A stretch of DNA of 64,000 nt from Callorhinchus milii (Eukaryota). Shown piece after piece: positions 61,830 through 64,000 of the stretch. Both the position numbers and the translations under genes were made by a program. The notes below the pieces were generated by a model, which did no database searches, had not been told where the DNA came from, and saw nothing but the letters and a program-made list of their open reading frames with translations. The stretch is from the NCBI RefSeq assembly GCF_018977255.1, contig NW_024704742.1:27468001-27532000 (forward strand), read 5' to 3'. Positions within the stretch are counted from its first letter, which is position 1; every line of letters begins with the position of its first letter.

Positions 61830-62100
61830 ATCACCAGATCACAAGGCTGGTTTGGATGAAGAAGGCCCTTTGGTCCATTCTGATCTCATTCTTCAAGGAA
61901 CACCCATCCAGCTGTGCCCCACATCACTGCAACTAGCTGCTTTTTAAATGAGTGCTGTGTTCTGGCCTCTATCACATTTCCTAGCTACCTGTTCGAGTCG
62001 TTTATTATCCTTTGAGTAAAGAAAAACGTCCTGGCATCTGTCCTGGAAATTGCCCTTCACAACTCTAAACCTATGGCATCTTGTTCTACTCTCTTGCTGA
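61830..62100 (-). mobile_element. CR1-type LINE 3' end
   Basis: Reverse complement of the CR1 C-terminus and 3' UTR; related pieces lie at 41520-41670 and 52970-53125. Confidence 0.7.
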
Positions 62101-62114
62101 ATCCTGAAGTGATG

Positions 62115-62208
62115 GAAACTTGCCCAATATTTCTCCCTGCCGATAATCAAACCCAGGTCTCTTGCTTGTGAGGCAAGTGCTCTAACCACTGAGCTGCAGG
62201 ACTCCACA
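62115..62208 (-). mobile_element. SINE family A head only
   Basis: Reverse complement atgtggagtcctgcagctcagtggttagagcacttgcctcacaagcaagagacctgggtttgatt. Confidence 0.85.
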
Positions 62209-62322
62209 TTAGAAATCATTGTCTGAGTTATCTTTCCTTGTAGAGTCTTGTGATAAAATGAGCAGGACAGATGGTACAACCTTTTTCTCCTTATCTTCGG
62301 TCCCAAACCAGTTTATGACAAA

Positions 62323-62916
62323 CTAGCTGTACCCGCTGCAGCTACGCTTGAAACCAAAAGATCCAATATGGAATGTAGATTGACACACAGACAAACGCAC
62401 AGACAGACATTTCATCTTTATCTATACTCATCTGGGAGGACTCCTGTGGGAGGAATCCTTTTGGGAGGACTCAGTGGGAGGACTCGGTGCTTTAAAAATG
62501 TAATTTTGCAGTTGTTACCATGGCTTAGCTTCGTCTGTGTTCTTTATTTTGTTCCCGCCGCTTGGCTACCTGCATACTGTGTAACGCACGATGCCACAGC
62601 GCCACGGTCAACTGACGCAGCCACCAGATGTAACTGCAGTGTGTGCGTACATACATAGGGACAGTGTGATGCACGATGCCACAGCGCAACTTTGACTTGG
62701 GTGTACCAGGTGTAACTGCAGCAGAAAACACAAAACTGAAAATAACTCATAAACGATAGGAAATACCTGAAAATAAAAATGCTCATGTCATTCCCAGATG
62801 CAAGACCTTTCCGAAGAGGTATAAATCAGGTCTCTACGCGAATCGGTTATTTAGATCCTTCTTGAAGCCAGACAGACGTGGTGGTTTTATTGGTATAGAT
62901 AGAAGATAGAAGAAGA
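62323..62916 (-). mobile_element. Non-autonomous Helitron-like element, composite
   Basis: The minus strand starts a|TC (62899 or 62916) and ends with GC-rich gcgtagctgcagcgggtacag-CTAG|t; subterminal (TCTG)n; no target-site duplication seen. Confidence 0.7.
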
Positions 62917-63574
62917 TAATAACAACTCAACAACTGGTGTTTACATGGAACCCTTCACATAGGTTACGGTCTTGATGCACTTCACAGGGGTGGGTTTGGA
63001 TGGCATATACGGAGAGGAGAGGAGGCAAGGCGAAGTGGCCAAAGGCAGGTTCTAAGAGGTAGGATTTGACGTGGAGCATAAAGACAAAAAGAGAGCAAGT
63101 GAGATGGATGGAAGGTAATTCCTTTTGAAATGGAATTGGATATATACTCGCAAAGAAAAAAATTGTAAGGGAAAGAGTGGAGGTGTGAGACTAATTGAAT
63201 AGAGACACCACTGTTAATGGGATTTCTTGTGTTACTGTCTTACTCCCGAAACCAAAATGATGCATTGAAATGTGAACTCGTGAGTGTGATGCTGAGGTCA
63301 GGGGCAGTCGCCTGCTCTCCAGAAACTGTACTGAAGTGATACAAGTACTTTACTACAGTAAGAGATGCTGTGTCTCGTCTGAACCACATGGTAAAGCCAG
63401 GGAAAGTCTCCTGTGTTTCACTGCAAAAATCAAATAATTTTGAATCAAACAACGGGGTAAATATCCAATTTTCATAATAGATTACAGAATTATCAAATGT
63501 TTTCTCAGTCTGTCTTGAATTAAAAAAAAATCTGTGTACACCGAAAGACTTGAATCTTATTCCCTCCAATAAAT

Positions 63575-63705
63575 TTTAGGTCAGGGTATCAAGGGATACG
63601 GGGCAAGGGTGGGTAATTGGAGTTGAGGTACAGATCAGCCATGATCTTATAGAATGTCAGAACAGGCTCGAGGGGCTGAATGACCTACTCCTCTTTCTAT
63701 GTTTC
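63575..63705 (+). mobile_element. CR1-type LINE 3' end
   Basis: agatcagccatgatcttatagaatgtcagaacaggctcgaggggctgaatgacctactcct.ttctatgtt. Confidence 0.85.
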
Positions 63706-64000
63706 CCTCCACCACCATCAACCTCAGTATAAATGGCTGGGTTTAAAGTCCATTTTCAACTTTTCTCACTGTTATCTTTGATATTTTGCACCAATTTGTG
63801 AATCCAGAGCAGGCATCTAAGCTCTGCTACAGAATGCCATAAGTGTTTTAAAAGGAGATTGGTAGACATTTGTCAGTAAGGGTAAAGGATGTGACTAAAG
63901 ATAGGTAAATTGAGTGAAAATATATTTTGTGATGTAATAAAATGTTGGAATGGAGTACTCCTGTTCCTATGTGACCCAGCAGGTTGATTTTCAAACAGTA

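Noticed and set aside
1..64000. CRISPR array, operon or other prokaryotic system
   Set aside because: The sequence is vertebrate repeat-rich non-coding DNA, with no regularly spaced repeat-spacer array or gene-dense structure.

Overview
This is AT-rich, CpG-depleted vertebrate non-coding DNA, either a large intron or intergenic sequence. The repeat content points to a cartilaginous fish, probably a chimaera such as the elephant shark; this is an inference from the repeat families and was not confirmed by a search. I found no recognisable host protein-coding exon, true tRNA or rRNA gene, or CRISPR array. Nearly all supplied ORFs are chance ORFs or fragments of decayed retrotransposons. The window is dominated by (i) a tRNA-Ala-headed SINE with a (TTA)n tail, (ii) an older Deu-domain SINE that shares the same 3' module, (iii) 5'-truncated L2-type LINEs with (TTG)n tails and recognisable reverse transcriptase (RT) motifs, and (iv) CR1-type LINE fragments. 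Less ordinary items are a composite Helitron-like element at 62.3-62.9 kb, an unclassified structured retroposon present in 7 pieces, a family of palindromic MITE-like elements, a CpG-retaining promoter-like patch at 4.7-5.3 kb, several locally templated insertions, and two well-bounded minus-strand micro-exon candidates. Nothing here amounts to a demonstrated new biological system. Repeat boundaries were read by eye and are approximate (about +/-20 nt) unless a motif is quoted.
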